A stretch of DNA of 64,000 nucleotides from the human T2T-CHM13v2.0 reference genome, Homo sapiens. The notes under the pieces were generated by a model. It saw only the letters and a list, made by a program, of their open reading frames with translations. It was not told the origin of the DNA and did no database searches. Position numbers and translations under genes: made by a program. Positions 13,266-28,117 of this stretch are shown here, in pieces. The number at the start of each line of letters is the position of its first letter. The first letter of the stretch is position 1. The stretch lies in assembly GCF_009914755.1 (NCBI RefSeq), contig NC_060930.1; one strand, given 5' to 3'.

Positions 13266-14301
13266 TACAAACTTTCTTATAATCAGACAACTCTACTCAA
13301 TAAAGGCTGGTTGATAATTATGAGACTGAGATTTCTAGGGACTTACAAACATGTTTAGACTGGTGAAAAATTTCTGCGAAAGCATAAATAAAAGCACTGG
13401 GCCAGCCCATGTCCTATTAAGGGGACCAATTAATCAATAGAACTATAGCAGCTATGGTTAATTTTCTTAACTCTGGTTTGATATCTGAAATTTTGGCTCT
13501 GGGTTTTTCATTTTTCTAGATTATCTGCTTTTCATTCTGTGTGTTTATCACTGGTTTTAAGCAGTATGCAGACAGAGATCTGCCAAATTGGGGTAACTTT
13601 ACTTACTGCCAACTAAAGCTGCTACATTGGAACTAAGATTGCTTTAAAATTCACTAATATCATTCACATTTTACATAAGAGGAATCAGAAAGCATACATA
13701 ACTTGCCAGTGTTACACACCTTCCACTGGAAGAGCAAATTCAAGTAATGTGAACTCCATGTCCTTCCTTTCACTGTTCCATTTTTTATAAACTGTAATGT
13801 ATTAAACCAATGCTCTATTAGTGTGCACTAGGTTATTCATTTTCTTTACTATCACAAAAAATACAGTGATTAATGTATATCTTTGCATATATTTTTACTT
13901 AAGGGATAAGGAATATTGTGCATACTTATAATATAAATAAGACTACATTGTAACATTTATTAGACTCCATCAATACCAAGTATTATTTTTTTAAATTTTG
14001 ACAGGTTGCTGGGTGAAAAATTATATGATTATTTCATATAATAATATTTATTGAATTATTTGTGAACTTGGAAATTTAATTATATATATGCCTGTTTAAA
14101 TAACTCTATTGTGGATAAACTACTCATGTTCTTGTAAATTATTCAATTTTAATATTTACAATTTATTGAAGTATAATTTATATGCCTTATGCTGTATACA
14201 TTTAAAATATACAATACAATTGGTTTTGATAGAAATATATAACTGTGAAACCACCAAAACAATCAGGAAATACCTATCACTCCTCCAAAGAATCTTCATG
14301 C

Positions 14302-15289
14302 TGGTAGTGGCAGGAGACAGACAAATTCCTAGTCATATAGTGGTGGGTCCCCAGTGAAACCCAAACTTCAAGCCATAGACAGTGTGAAGCTATAAAACCA
14401 AGCTGACAGATTTGGGTGGAGTTCACAACCAGAGTGAGAACTTCCTCGATGCCTTTTAGCCAATTGAATGGTGCTTTTTCCAGTCCTGCCCATGAACCAA
14501 TCAGCATGCACTCCCCCATTCTGAGCACATGAAAACCCTGGACTCAGTCTCACAGAGGATTACCCATTTGGGGACTCCCTCTCACACAGAAAGCTGCTCA
14601 CTTCGGCTCCTCTGTCATGTTGAGAGCTTTTCTGTCACTCAATAAAATGATTCTCTGCTTTGCACACTCTCAGGTGTCTGCAAACCTCATTCCTCTTGGG
14701 CGGGGGACAAGAACCTAGAACCCCTAACCCCCAACTGGCTGTGCAAAGAGCTGTAAAATGCCCTCCTGCTTGCAGAGCTATGGGAGTGAAAAAAACCACT
14801 GGGTTTCACATGCCCCCATTCACTGAGCTGCAGGTGGCAGGAATGAATGAGCTTTAATACACCCCTGTCCAGCAAACTGTGGGAGGCTGCGAAAGCTGTA
14901 ATATGCCCCTGTTTGCCTAGCTGTGGGGGTGAAGAAGCAAAACAGTTAGACACCATTCTCTTCTGGCTGTCTCCCCAAACTACAAAAGCCACAACATTTC
15001 TTGTTGGCTCAGACTTTGGGACTTTGACACCCCTTGGGGGACCGCAGTTGCTGGCATCGTCAAGTGTTAGGGCGCCATTGCATTTTTCTCATCTAGACTC
15101 TGGCACCCAATGTGAAAACTGCCCGCAGCATGACCAGTCCACCCACGGGCTGAGTGCGGAGTCTCTGTTAAGGCACTGGATCCAGGCCAGGGTGCGAGCC
15201 TGGTGGGCCTCAGTGAGGCCCCGGGCAGAGGTCACAGCAGCCACAGAGATTTCCAGCTGGCGAAACACCACCGAAGGAATTCTGTAACA
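14302..15289 (+). mobile_element. ERV1-class solo LTR (LTR27/LTR28-like), 988 bp
   Basis: TG...TGTAACA ends with exact 4-bp TSD ATGC (14298-14301, 15290-15293); CCAAT boxes near 14460 and 14497; AATAAA at 14641; sits inside an old L1 3' fragment. Confidence 0.85.
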
Positions 15290-16391
15290 ATGCCCCTTTG
15301 CAATTCAGCGCTCCATCAGGTAAATACTGATTCCGCTTATGTATGTATTTGTTTGCTATTTTGATTATACACAAATAAGGTATACAACATGTTTTCATAT
15401 ATATATATGCATAGTAAAATAATTACTGCAGTCAGTAACATTAATGTACCCGTCATCATGATTCTGCTTTGTGATATTATTGACTAGTTAACGTGTTTTA
15501 GAATTTTAAATGAAGGGAATTATATGAAATGTATGGATTTTAGATCTGAAAATTAACGTTCTATATCAAATGTGGGAAGTTGATGGCCATTATTTAATCA
15601 AGTATTCATTCTGCAGATATCTCAGTTCTTCTTCTGAGTTCCTAATTACATAAATGTTGTACTATTTGATGTTGTCCAACAAAACTGAAATCCTGATTAT
15701 TTCTCTTTAAGTTTTCTTTCTTTTGGGGGAGATTTGTCAACTTATTCATCTACTTTCAAATGCTTTGATTCTTTATTCTGCCATCTCCATTTAGTGGACT
15801 AAGGGATTTGAAAAGTGACAAATTACCTCTGTGTAGCACTATTTTTCAAGAGTAGCTTTTTGTCCTCTCTGCCTCCTTCTTTCTTTTTGCCAGGCTCCTT
15901 GGAAATCTCACCTCATGCATGTGTATGTTAGCTGTCAGCCAGGGTTTTGGGCAGAGTTTATGCTTGGAATTTGGATCTTATTCCCTTGGCAATTGTCTTA
16001 CTGACATTTCCCCATTAAATTTCAAGTGGTTTTGAGAGTCCTGAATGCTAATCTATGTCACCTTTAAAGCTGCAGTGTTTCTGCCATCATTTGTCTTCAA
16101 CTAGAGCCACAGTAGTTTGGCAGCATTATTGGGCCAGAATGCCACAAATATGAAACTATATACAATTTTAATAGAACTAATTTTACTAAAAATGCAATTA
16201 TTAAATTTTCTTGTATCTAAAAATTTCTAGCCTCCTGTTCCCATAAAATTATAATATTTAAATTAAAAAGTAAAATGTAAAAAGAATCAGTTATAATTTA
16301 GATTATTCATTCAATATGTTAACTTTACATATTTTTGATATATTTCTTCTGAACTATTTTTATGTAACCACATAATTTTAAAAAGTTTGGT

Positions 16392-16522
16392 TTGTTTTTG
16401 TTTTTTTGAGACAGGTTCTCACTATCTTGTCCACCCTGGCCTTGAATTTCTGGGCTCAAGCAATCCTCTTGCCTCAGCCTCTGGAGTAGCTGAGAATACA
16501 GGGGCACACCACCACAAATGGC
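16392..16522 (-). mobile_element. FLAM-type Alu monomer
   Basis: gagacaggttctcactat...gggctcaagcaatcctcttgcctcagcc. Confidence 0.8.
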
Positions 16523-17817
16523 TTCAACTATATAAAATTCTAAACATACAATTGAAGCTCATAGTCATACAAATATGTCCTTTCTTTCAGAGTAAGCACC
16601 GTACTTCAATCCCACCAATGTTTCCATCCATATTTTATACTTTTATTATGGAAGTTATATAAATGAAAACTTGTTTTTGTCACTCAATATTGTCCTTTTT
16701 GGATTTATTCATGTTGAATTAAGGGATTTAATTGATTCACCTAAACACTGACTAGTTTTCTAAGATATGACTAGAGTATAAATTATATATTTGACATTCT
16801 ATTTGTGTGCATTTGGGCTGGCTTGAAATTTTTGCAAATGCATGCTATGTTTCATTGAACTGTCTTACATGTCTCCTTGTGTATGAGCTAGAAATATTCT
16901 TTGGCATGGTGTTTAAGCATCTGGAACCAGAGTAGAAGATTTTATAAACTCTGGATACTTATCCTTTATCAATTACAAACATTTTAGATATACCCTCCCT
17001 GTGGCTAATCTTTTTAGCCCTTTTAATCTGTTGACACAAATAGTGTAAAACATGTTTTTGTGGTGTTGCTGTTGTTATTGTTTGCTTATTATACATGTAC
17101 TTCAAAAGAATGCGTTTTTTATAATTGGCTTCATCCAATGAGACCAGCAGATGCTATGACGAAAGCTGAGAGCAGATAGATGTCAGAGAATTTATTTGTC
17201 ACTACACTGTCAGCAGCATTCTGTTTCCTCTGGTGATGAGGTTATATTACTGGCTACAGCCACAGCTCTTATAAGACAATGCTTCACTCATAGCTACAGC
17301 TCTTGCCAGACACTTTTAAACTTGAAGATTGAATTGGATTCTTGCATTTGCTTAATTTCTAGACACTGCAGTATTCCACAGGGATAGTAGTAATGGAACT
17401 GCAAATGGCATATTTACTGATCTCTTTTTAATTAAATTATTGAATATAACAATATTTATTCTTCTGGAAACCTGACAAATGCATTTTTTTTCTTAAGGTA
17501 TTATATCTACATATATATTCATGAAAGAGAATAGCCTATAATTTCCCTTTCTTTTCTTGTACTAGTATCACAAAATAAATGGCAACGTATTATCAGCTTT
17601 GTTTAGATATGACTGCATAAGAGGGTAGTTATTTTTTTCCAAATATGTACGGTTTTCTAATAAAGTCAACGTGATTGGTAGTAGGACTATAGACTACCAA
17701 ACCAAATCTATACTTAGTTATAGGAATGTTCAAGTTTTTTATTTCATCTTGAATCAATTTTGTAAGCTACAATTTTCTAAGAATTTCTTGATTTCATTGA
17801 AATTTTCAAATGTATTA

Positions 17818-18018
<201 letters not shown>

Positions 18019-18362
18019 TTACTTGCAGTGTAATATTTTAGAATATTTAATGTCATTCTCTTTTTCATGCCTGACATTGTCTAATTTCTCTGTTGGTTGT
18101 TTCCCTTCCTCTCTCTCTTTGAAATTTCACATCATCTGTATTTATTTAGCTGTATTTTTCTAACTTTGAGACAAGCTCATTAATGTTCAATCTTCATTAT
18201 TTTCTAATATATACAATGAAAATTCTAAATTTCTTAAGAAATAAAGTTTTACAGCCTGCATAGGTGTTTCTATATAGTATTAATTACCAATTAGTTCAAA
18301 TGTTTTCTAATTTCTAAATTATTTAATCAATATGTATTGAGGAGTATACTTTCTGGTTTATC

Positions 18363-21300
18363 TTTTTTATTATAGTTAAAAAAACTCATCACATGAGATC
18401 TACCCTCTTAACAAATTGTAAGTGTACAATACAGTATTAACTACACACACAATATTGCACAGCAGATCTCTAGAAATTTTCACACCTTGCATAACTGAAA
18501 CCTTATACCCATTAAACAGTACCTTCTCTTTCCCCCTGACCCAGCCACTGACAAACATCACTCTACTTTTTGCTTCTGTGAGTTTGACTATTTTGGATAC
18601 CTCACATAAGTGAAACCATGATATATTTGTTTTTCTGTGACTGGTTTATTTCACTTAACATAATTTACTAAAAGTTCATTCATGTTGTCACAAATGGCAA
18701 GATTTCCCTATTTTTAAGGCTTAGTAATACTCCATTGTATGTATATACTACAATTTACTTACCCATTCATCCATCCATAGATGATTTCAATTGTTTCTGT
18801 ATCTTGACTACTATGAATAATGTTATAATGAACATAGGAGTGTAGATTTCTCTTCAAGGTTTTGATTTTACTTCTTTCAGATATTACTGAGAATTAGGAT
18901 TGCTGATGGTTCTTTTTAAATTTGGTGGGGAACCTTCATACTGTTTTCCATAGTAGTTATACCATTTTACATGTAATGTACAAGGGTTTCAAATCCTCCA
19001 CATCCTCAACAACACTTGTTATCTTTTGCCTTTTTTAAATAATAGTCATTCTAGCAGGTGTGAGGTGATATCTCATTGTGGTTTTGATTTACATTTCCCT
19101 GGTGGTTAGTGATGTTTGGTATCTTTTCATAAACCTGTTGGCCATTTGTATGTCTTCTTTGGATAAATGTCTATTCAAGTCCTTTACCCATAAAAGTGGT
19201 TTTTTGTTGTTCTTGCTATTGAGTTGTATTAGTTCTTTACATATTTTAGATATTAGCCTCTTAACAGAAATATGGTTTGTCAATATTTTCTCCCCTTCTG
19301 TAGGTTACTTCTCCATTCTGTTCATTGTTTCCTTATTATAGATTACTTTAGACAGCATGGATATTTAAACAATATTAAGCCTTTGATATGGGAACACAAG
19401 AGGTCTTTCTATTTACTTGTATCTTTCAAACTTATTTCTTTCATATTATATAGATTTCACCTCCTTGATTATGTTTATTTCTAAGTACATTATTATTGTT
19501 GATGCTATCATAAATGAATTATTTTCATAATTCATCCTGGAATGTTTATTCTTAGTACATAAAATTACAACTGATTATTGTATGATGACTTTGTATCTGC
19601 AAATTTACTGAATTCGTTTATTAACATACTATAGTTTTCATGAAGTTTTTAGGATTTTCTGCAAAAAAAAGTATTTAATCTGCAAACAGAGAAAATTTTA
19701 CTTCTTTCTTTCCTAGTTGGATGCCTTTTATATCTTTTTCTTGCCTTGTTGCTCTGGCTAGGGTTTCTACCATGAGGATGAAAATAAGTAGTAAGAGTGG
19801 ACATTCTTGTTTTGTCCGGATCTTAAAGGAAACTCTTTTAGTTTTTCACCATTGAGTAAAATGCTAGCTGTGGACTTTCATGTATAGACTTTATTATGTG
19901 AAGGTAATTTTCTTCTATTCCTGGTTTGTTGTAAGTTTTTAAAATGAAAGATTGTTGAATTTTGTCAAATACTTTTTCTGCGTCTACTGTGATAAATATG
20001 TGATTCTTATTCTGTTAATATATCTGTTAATGTGATGTATCATATTAATTCATCTATGTACCAAGTTGAGCCATCCTTTTAACCCAAGGGTAAATTCCAC
20101 TTGGTGAATGATACTTTAATAATGCTGTTGAATACAGTTTGCCAATATATATTCTTCAGTATTTTTGAATTTGTGTTTATCAGGACCTGCAGATGTTTGT
20201 TTTTTGCCTTTTTTGTTTGGTTATGTTTGAGTGAATTTATTGGAGAAGTCATCTAGACCTGACCTTTTCTTTGTTAGAAGTTTCTGATTTTTAAATAAAA
20301 CTCCTTACTACTCATAGGTATATTCATATTTCCTATGTCTTTATAATTCAGGCCTGGGAGTTTACAGGTTTATAAGAATTTGTCAATTTCTTTTATTGAA
20401 TTCATTGGCATATAATAGTTCATAATTATCTCTTATCTTTTTTATTTCTGTGACATCACTTGTAATGTCTACTCCTTCTTCTGATTTAATTTACTTTAAT
20501 TTTCTCTCTTTTTTCCTTAATCTAACTAAAAGCTTAGCAATTTTGTTGATCTTTTCAAGAAAACCAGCTCTTCATTTCATTGATATTTTTTCTATTGTTT
20601 TTCTGTTTTCTTTTTTTTTTTTTTGCCTTAATATTTGTTAATTGCTTTTCCTAACTTTAGGCTTGGCATATTTTTCTTTTTCTAATTTCTTCAGTTAGGT
20701 TGTTTACATAAGATCATTCTTTTTTAATATAGGTGTTTATCAGTATGAACTTCCTTTTATTACTGATTTTGCTGCATTCCACAACTTTGGTATCTTATGC
20801 TTTTGTTTTTGTTTGTCTCAAGATTTTTTTTTTTATGTACCCATTGATTATTCAAGAGTGTGTTTAATTTCCACATATTTATGAATTTTCTAGGTTTTTT
20901 CCTCTTATGAATTTCTAGAGTCTGGCACTAATTGCTGGTTTTGAAATCCCCTACAATTATTGTATTGCTATCTACTTTTCCTTTCAGTCTTTCATTGTTT
21001 GCTTTCTTTATTTGGATATCTGATATTGGGTGGATATGTATTTAAAATTATCCTATCTTCTTGGTGAATTTACACTTTCAACATTAAGCAATGTTATTCT
21101 ATGTCACTTTTGAAAGTTTTTGATTTAACATCCATTATGTCTGATATAAGTATTGTCACCTTTGCTGTCTTTTAGTTACCATTTACATAGGATATCTTCT
21201 TCCTTTTACTCTTAGCCTATATGTGTCTTTAAATCTATACTAGTCTCTTAGAGACATAGTTGGGACTGCTTTTTAATCCATTCAGCCTCGCTGTGTCTTT

Positions 21301-23850
21301 TGAATGGGCATTATAGTCTATTTACATTTGAAGTAATTATTGATAGGGAAGAATTTGCCATTGCCACTTTGTTCATTGTTTTCTGTCTGTCCTGTAGCTT
21401 CATAGCCTCTCTTTTCTCTCTTTCTATCTTTGTGTTTCATTGATTATTTTTGCAGTTACATGTTTGGATTCATTTCTATTTTTTCTTTTGTATATCTTCT
21501 ATTGATATTTTCTTTGTGGTGACCACAGGGCTTATATAAAATATCTTAAAGTTGTAACATTTTATCTTGAACTGGTAACTTTAATTACATACAAAACCTC
21601 TAAACTTTTACTTCCTTTATCCACAGTTTACATTATTTATGTCACAAATTACATTCTTTTATATTGTGTACCTATTAATATATTTTACATAGTTTTTTAA
21701 TACTTTCGTAAGTTCTGTCCTGAAACTAATTGCGATTTATGCTTGACCATTCTCGTATACTGTATTTCTCTATATGTTTACCTTTATCTGAAAGCTTCAT
21801 ACTTTTCTACGCTTTTGTGTTGCCATGTAGCATTCTTTTGAGTCAATTTGAAGAACTGCTTTTAGCTTTTCTTGTAAGGAAGTTCTAGTGGTAATGAACT
21901 CCTTCAGCTTTTGTTTACCTGGGAAAGTCCATTTCTCCTTTATTTTTTAAGGAAAATTTTCTTGGTTGTAGTATTCATGGTTCACAGTGTTTTTTTATTT
22001 TGCTTCTTGGAGTATATCATTCTACTACCTTCTGACCTGCAAGGTTTTTTGCTAAGAAATCCATCTACAGTCTTTTAAAGATTCCCTTGTATGTGCCATG
22101 CCAACTTTCCCTTCCTGCTTTCAAAATTTTCCTTGTTTTGACATTTGACAGTTTAATTTTAATGTGGACTTCTGTGGGTTTATCTCATTTGGAATCTTTT
22201 GGTCTTCTCGAATATGGATGTCCATTTCCTTCCACAATGTAGGAAGTTTTCAATCATTAATTCTTTAAATAAGTTTTCTGGTCTTTTCTCTCTCATCTGT
22301 TTCGGGGACTTCCATAATATGTATTTGGGTTCACTAATGGTGTCCTGTAAATCCTTTCTGCTTTTCTCATTTTCTTTCTATTTTTTTTCTTTTTGCCCCT
22401 GTAACTAGATAATTTCTAACAACCCGTTGTTGAGTTTACTGATTCTTTCTTTAGCTTGATCAAGTCTCATGTTGAACCCTTCCAGTGAATTTTTTAACTT
22501 AGTCATTGTATTCTTCAGCTACAAAATTTATTTTGGCAGTTCGTTTATATTTTGTATTCTTTGGTTGAAATATTTATTTTGGTCATACATGATTTTCCTG
22601 AGCTCATTGAGCATTTCTATGATGATTATTTTGAATTATTTGTTCAGGCACTTCACATACTTCCATATCTTTAGAATCTGTTTCTTCAGATTTATTTTAT
22701 TCCTTTGTCAGGGCCATTTTCTCTGTTTTCATGATCTTTGATACTTTGTGGTGATGTCTGTGCATTTGAAAGAATGACCACCTCTCCAAGTCTTTACTGA
22801 CTGGCATCATCAACACTTTTCTGTGGATGTGTCTGGTTTTGATTTATGCATGTGAATTCTTAAAATTAGAGAGATTTGCCTGTTTTTTTTTTCCTGTTAA
22901 TAATCTCTTGATCCCTCTGTAATCCATCTGTTGTACTGAACCCCCTCTGGAGAGGCAGCACACTATTGAACTATTTCTGTTGTTGCTGTTCTCTGTGGCC
23001 ACCAGGCATCTAGACTTAGCTAGATCCAATCAGAATTCTGGGATGGGCAAGATTAAAAGCAGCCACCTGAAAGACTAGACAGTAAATAGATCTTCAGTTT
23101 TCTCTTTCCTTCCCAGGTAGATATTGGGGGACTATGAGATTTCCTAATCATGTCCCATAGAACCAGGAGAGGGACTCTGACAGTGAATGCATACTATTCC
23201 AAACTGTTGACCTTGTTGAAAGTGGCCCCCAGCCACATAGAATATTCCCAGCCCTTGTAGACGTGTTCCTAGACAAGAGATTCTGAAGACAGTCTCCTGG
23301 GCACCTTCACCTTTCAAAAAGCCGGAATATTAGATGAATGTTTCAACTATTTTCTTCTCCAGAAAGAAGCCTAGATTTAAGAAATTTCACCCACTAGTTC
23401 TGTGCTGAGCTGGGAATGGAGCTATGGTGTACTAGTCAAAACCATTACCTTTTTTTTCTCTCTCTCTCTATGCAGCGCCTGGTTCGGGGCCATTTCTGTC
23501 AACACTCTGAGACAAGACAGAAACCATTCTTTTGGGCAGCCCCTTGAAAAGTCAGAATGTTAGATGAATGGTTCAGTCCTCTCCTTCCTTCTCTAGGGAG
23601 AAGCTGTGATTTGGAGGTTTTCTCCCAGTTGTGTACTGATGTGCCAGGGAAAAATACTAAGTAGAAAGGGTGCCATAGATTTTCCTACTGGCTTCAATGA
23701 AGCTAGATTCATGCTCACGTGGGATACAGAATCCTCTCTCTATCTTTGGAATTTTCACTAAGGAAATTTGTCAACATATTGTTGAATCAGTGTACTCAAA
23801 GTGGTGAAGAAGGATTCGGGACTTCCTATTTTTCCATCTTGCTGATGTCC
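18363..23850 (-). mobile_element. Long degenerate L1 (L1MA9/L1MB-like), 3'UTR to ORF1/5' region, nested in an older L1
   Basis: 3'UTR catgagatctaccctcttaacaaat...cagcagatctctagaa; minus ORF 19089..19283 LISKICKEL...[17 protein letters not shown]; older L1 sequence on both sides (about 17400-18360 and 23880-24310). Confidence 0.85.
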
Positions 23851-24799
23851 CTCAACTTCATTTTTCTACTCTTTATATTCTTAATTGTTTGAGAATATTC
23901 TAGTTATTTGTTTTGTACTTGATTTCTACCTTAATTTCACTGTGTTCAGAGAACAAACTGTATATGATTTCAATTACTTCAAATTTGTTTGCATTGGCTT
24001 AATGGCCAACCAGCATCATGTTATTTTAAAAACAGATTTTTTTTTTTAAAAAAAGGAAACAAGCTAAAATTCTTGGGAAGAAAGTTTTATATATGTCTGT
24101 TATTTAATTTTGATAATCATATAGTTCATGTATTTTACAAATTTTAAATATTTTTATATTTTAATTATTTTATTAACAACTAGGAGGATATTAAAACTTG
24201 CACAATATGATTTAATTTTCCTATCTATTTGTAGGATTGTAATATTTTACTTTAAATATTTGAATGTTATGTTCAGGGGCACATAGAAGTTTAAAATTTT
24301 TATATCTCTCAGGACTTTCTTTGGTTATTTCCAACTCTTCTATTCAGTGACAAGGCAGGCTTCTGCTTAGTCTTGTAAGGAAGGTGGGAGTGGTAGTGAT
24401 TTAATTCTGGCTGATTCTTATCCTGAACTTGAAATGAATTGTGGATAAACATTAATATGATATTGAATTCTATTATCTTATTTTCAAGTCCATAAAAATC
24501 TCACTTAAATTTCACAACTTGATTTTTTCTAGGTAAACCCTTACTTTGAGGATATTGTTTACATCTCAAGATTTTCATTTTTTGTTCTGTTTTGTCCTGC
24601 TATTTGTCTTTCAGATCTTTGATTTTTTGAAACTATTTTTTCATATATTATCCAGAATTTTGTTGTCTAACAGGAAGATAATTCTGTGTAATCTAGCCAA
24701 CATTTACTAAAAATAATAATTTATGTTTTCTATACTTTTTTAAAGAATTTGATGCTGTTGTTTGAATGTTCTTACCATAAGGTCCCTTTGTCAATTAAC

Positions 24800-25190
24800 T
24801 CCAGTTATACTGTTTGTTTTACTAATTTTTCATGTCCCCCACACTTTCTTCACTGTATGATTTGGCATATGTCTGGAAATTTTTTTCTCTCCTAGTTATG
24901 TAACTAAATCCCATTATCCTGCAGCTCAAATTTTAACCTCAGGGAAACTTTCTCTATTCCAAGGAAGGCTAAGTTTCCCTTTAATGCACTTAAAATATTA
25001 TCTCTCTTTTATGGTATTTATCACAGTTACTCTTTTACATTCATATATTTGTCCGCAAGGAAAGTCACATGCAGGCAGGCCTATGTCTGATTTTGCTGAC
25101 TGCATTATCATCAGATCTTATCACAATGCCAGTATCTATGCCCCCAAAAATATGTATGAAATAAATGACTGAAATAAATGAATCAATAAA
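24800..25190 (+). mobile_element. L2 3' fragment
   Basis: gcaggcaggcctatgtctgattttg...aaataaatgactgaaataaatgaat tail. Confidence 0.5.
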
Positions 25191-25419
25191 AAGTTGGAAT
25201 GTATAAATATTTACTTCAGGTATGTAGTTTAAAGTCTGGCCACTTAATGTTTTTACGTAATACATGTTTCTTTTTATTTTTTCTTTTCTATTACAAGAAA
25301 TAGTTCAAGAGAGTCAGTAAGTACCAAACCTCTATAATGACAGCATGCATTTTATGATGACTTTTCTAAAGTTGTCTATAAAGAGAACAAAACAGAAGGC
25401 TGTTTCTTTGAAACATAAA

Positions 25420-27050
25420 ATACAAATTTTAAAAACTTCTCCTTAGTGTAATCTTGAAATGTTAGAGAATTAACATATAAGCAACTTCAAGATTAAATAA
25501 TGGGCTTACAATTACAAAGAAGAATATAAAATACCAAATTGATCATAATTGTAAAGAAATGTACATAAACTCTAACAAAGGACATGCTAAAATGATATTG
25601 AAATCTCTACCTCCCAAAATACAACAGGCTAAATGTTCTGTAAAGCATTTTTTGCTACGTTTTTGAGGAACAGAAAATGTCCACTTTCCCAGAGCATACA
25701 AACTTTTTCAGGACACAGTAAATCCTAGGATGTAATCCAACTCATTTCGTATGTCTAGCATAATCCTGATATGAAAACAAAATTGAACAAAAAGAGCCCA
25801 AGGAAAGCACTGGCCATTCTCATTTTCTGAACCTAGATGTGAAAATCCATAATAAAATTATAGCAAATTAAATTTAGCAATGTCTAAAAAATATACTACA
25901 TCAAGAACAAGGATAATTTATCATATAATGTTGGGAGGGGTCAATATAAGAAAATGCATTGATAAATATATAATCTAATATACCAATATATTCAAGTAGA
26001 AAAATATACATTTCTCTCGATATGTTAAAAAATTGATAAAATTCAACATAAATTTGAGAAGTTCTAGGATACTTGAAAGGATTTTTTCTTTTGAGTAAGA
26101 ATTATCTGTTGACTCTAATAGCAAAACAAAATATTTCATGAACAAAATTCAGTGGCATTTCAATTAAACTTAGGAAAAAATAGGCTTACCTGCTTTACTG
26201 TTACTGCTCTGCATTGTAGGAAAAGGAAAAGAAATAATAGGTATGAAGCCTTTGAAGGGAAGGGTCTAAAAGGATCAAAATAATTTTTTTGTAGTTAGGG
26301 TAATTGGATCATTTAAATACTAAAAAAATTCAAAGTGTTAGGCATATGAATTAGTTCATAAATATTGTTAAAAAGCTAGATCAGTAGTACACAAGCAATA
26401 GTTTTCCTAAACACTAACAAAAATAATGAGCAAAATCTCATGAGAGATAATAAACATGGTGGATTTACACTGAATTGATTTAGATAAGCTGGATTTTGTT
26501 TCCAAATTTTCACTTATACTTATCCAGGTTAGTGTGGTGTTACAGACAGTTTCCATGTAGTTTGGAAAGCAGAAGTATAACAGCTGCCATATTCTATTTA
26601 CATCAACATAGCCTACAATTCAGCTGTTCCAGTCCCAGGTATCTACCTGATGGAAGCAGATATACATGCTCATCTAAAGATATGTTCAGATATATTCATA
26701 ACAGCATTATTCATCTTTTCCCTCAACTAGAAACAAATCAAATGTGAATCAACCATATATTGGGTACATAAGTTGGGGTATATTTATGCAATAGAATACT
26801 ACATAGCAAAAAGAGTGAATGAACTGCAACTATGGTATATAAAGTCAGAACACTGGTTACACTGGAAGATTAATGACCAGAAAGGGCACAAAGACTTCAG
26901 GGGTTGTATCTGTTTTATAAGTTAGATTATGGTTACATGAGTGTGTTTGCTTTGTGAAATTCATCAATTTGTACTCTTATATTCTGTGTTTTTTTTTACT
27001 CCCTTTTCTGTGCATATTACATTTTAATAAAAAGTTCACTTAAAAAAAAA
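25420..27050 (+). mobile_element. Very old L1 (L1ME-like) ORF2/3' fragments
   Basis: A-rich with gatgtgaaaatcc...ttgataaaattcaaca and aactagaaacaaatcaaatgt motifs; ends aataaaaag...A-run. Confidence 0.65.
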
Positions 27051-27361
27051 ACCTCTTTTGGATTTATCCAATACTCATCTTTCTCTTAAACTCCATATGT
27101 AAAATGTAAGCAAATCCTGTTGACTCTGCCTTCAAATTATGTTCATAATCCAGCCAATTCCCATCACCTCTGCAACTACTACTTTAATCTAAGTTACCAT
27201 CATTTGTCAGTTTTTTTACATGGATTCTTGTAATGCCTTCTAACCGCAAATATTCTTCCTACTGCTTTACTTTGTTCCTTTTAAGTCTATTCTCAACATA
27301 AATGCCAGAATAATCATGTTTATAAACAAGTCAGATCTTGTTACTGTTGCTTAAAACCATC

Positions 27362-28117
27362 TGTGATGCTTAATTTTAGGTGTCAACTTGGTTGGGCCAT
27401 GGTGCCAAGGTATTTGGTCAAACATTATTCTGGACATTTCTGTGCGGGTGTTTTTTTGGATGAGATTAACATTTAAATTGGTGGACACTGAGTAAGGCAG
27501 ATTGCTCTATATAATGTGGGTGGACTTCATCCAATCTGCTGAAGGCCTTAATAGAATAAAGACTGACAACCCCCAAACAAGAAGGAATTCTGCCAGCAAA
27601 CTGTCTTCGTACTCTGCAACTCTCCCTCAGTCTCCAGCCTGCTTGCCTATCCCAGCAGATTTTGGACTTGCCAAGCCTCAACAATTGTATGAGCCAATTT
27701 CCTAAAGTAAATATCTTTATATATACAGGCATACCCCTTTTAATTGTGCTTCACTTTATTAGATATTACAGATACTGCATTTTTCGCAAATTTAAAGTTT
27801 ATGGCGACCCTGCTTTGAGCAAGTCTATTGGCATCATTTTTTCAATGGCATGTGCTCACTTCATGTCTTTGTGTCAGCACTCTTTAGCAATAAAGTATTT
27901 TTTAATTAAGATATGTACTTCTTTAGACATAATGCAATTGCGCACTTAATAGACTACAGTAGAGTGTATACATAACTTTTATATGCACTGGGAAACTAAA
28001 AAAGATCTGTGACTTGGTTTATTTCAATGGTCTGGAACCAAACGCACAAAATTTCTGAGGTACACCTGTGTAAACATCTGGTTAGTCCTGTGTTTCTGGA
28101 GAACCCCAATTAATACA
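27362..28117 (+). mobile_element. MLT2 (B/D-like) solo LTR
   Basis: tgtgatgcttaattttaggtgtcaacttg...ctggagaaccccaattaataca. Confidence 0.9.
27726..28068 (+). mobile_element. Internally deleted Tigger1 DNA transposon
   Basis: TA-caggcatacc...gaggtacacctg TIRs with both Tigger1 ends; only 343 bp. Confidence 0.85.

Noticed and set aside
14847-15287. 146-aa ORF
   Set aside because: It lies wholly within a GC-rich solo LTR and has no recognisable protein motif.
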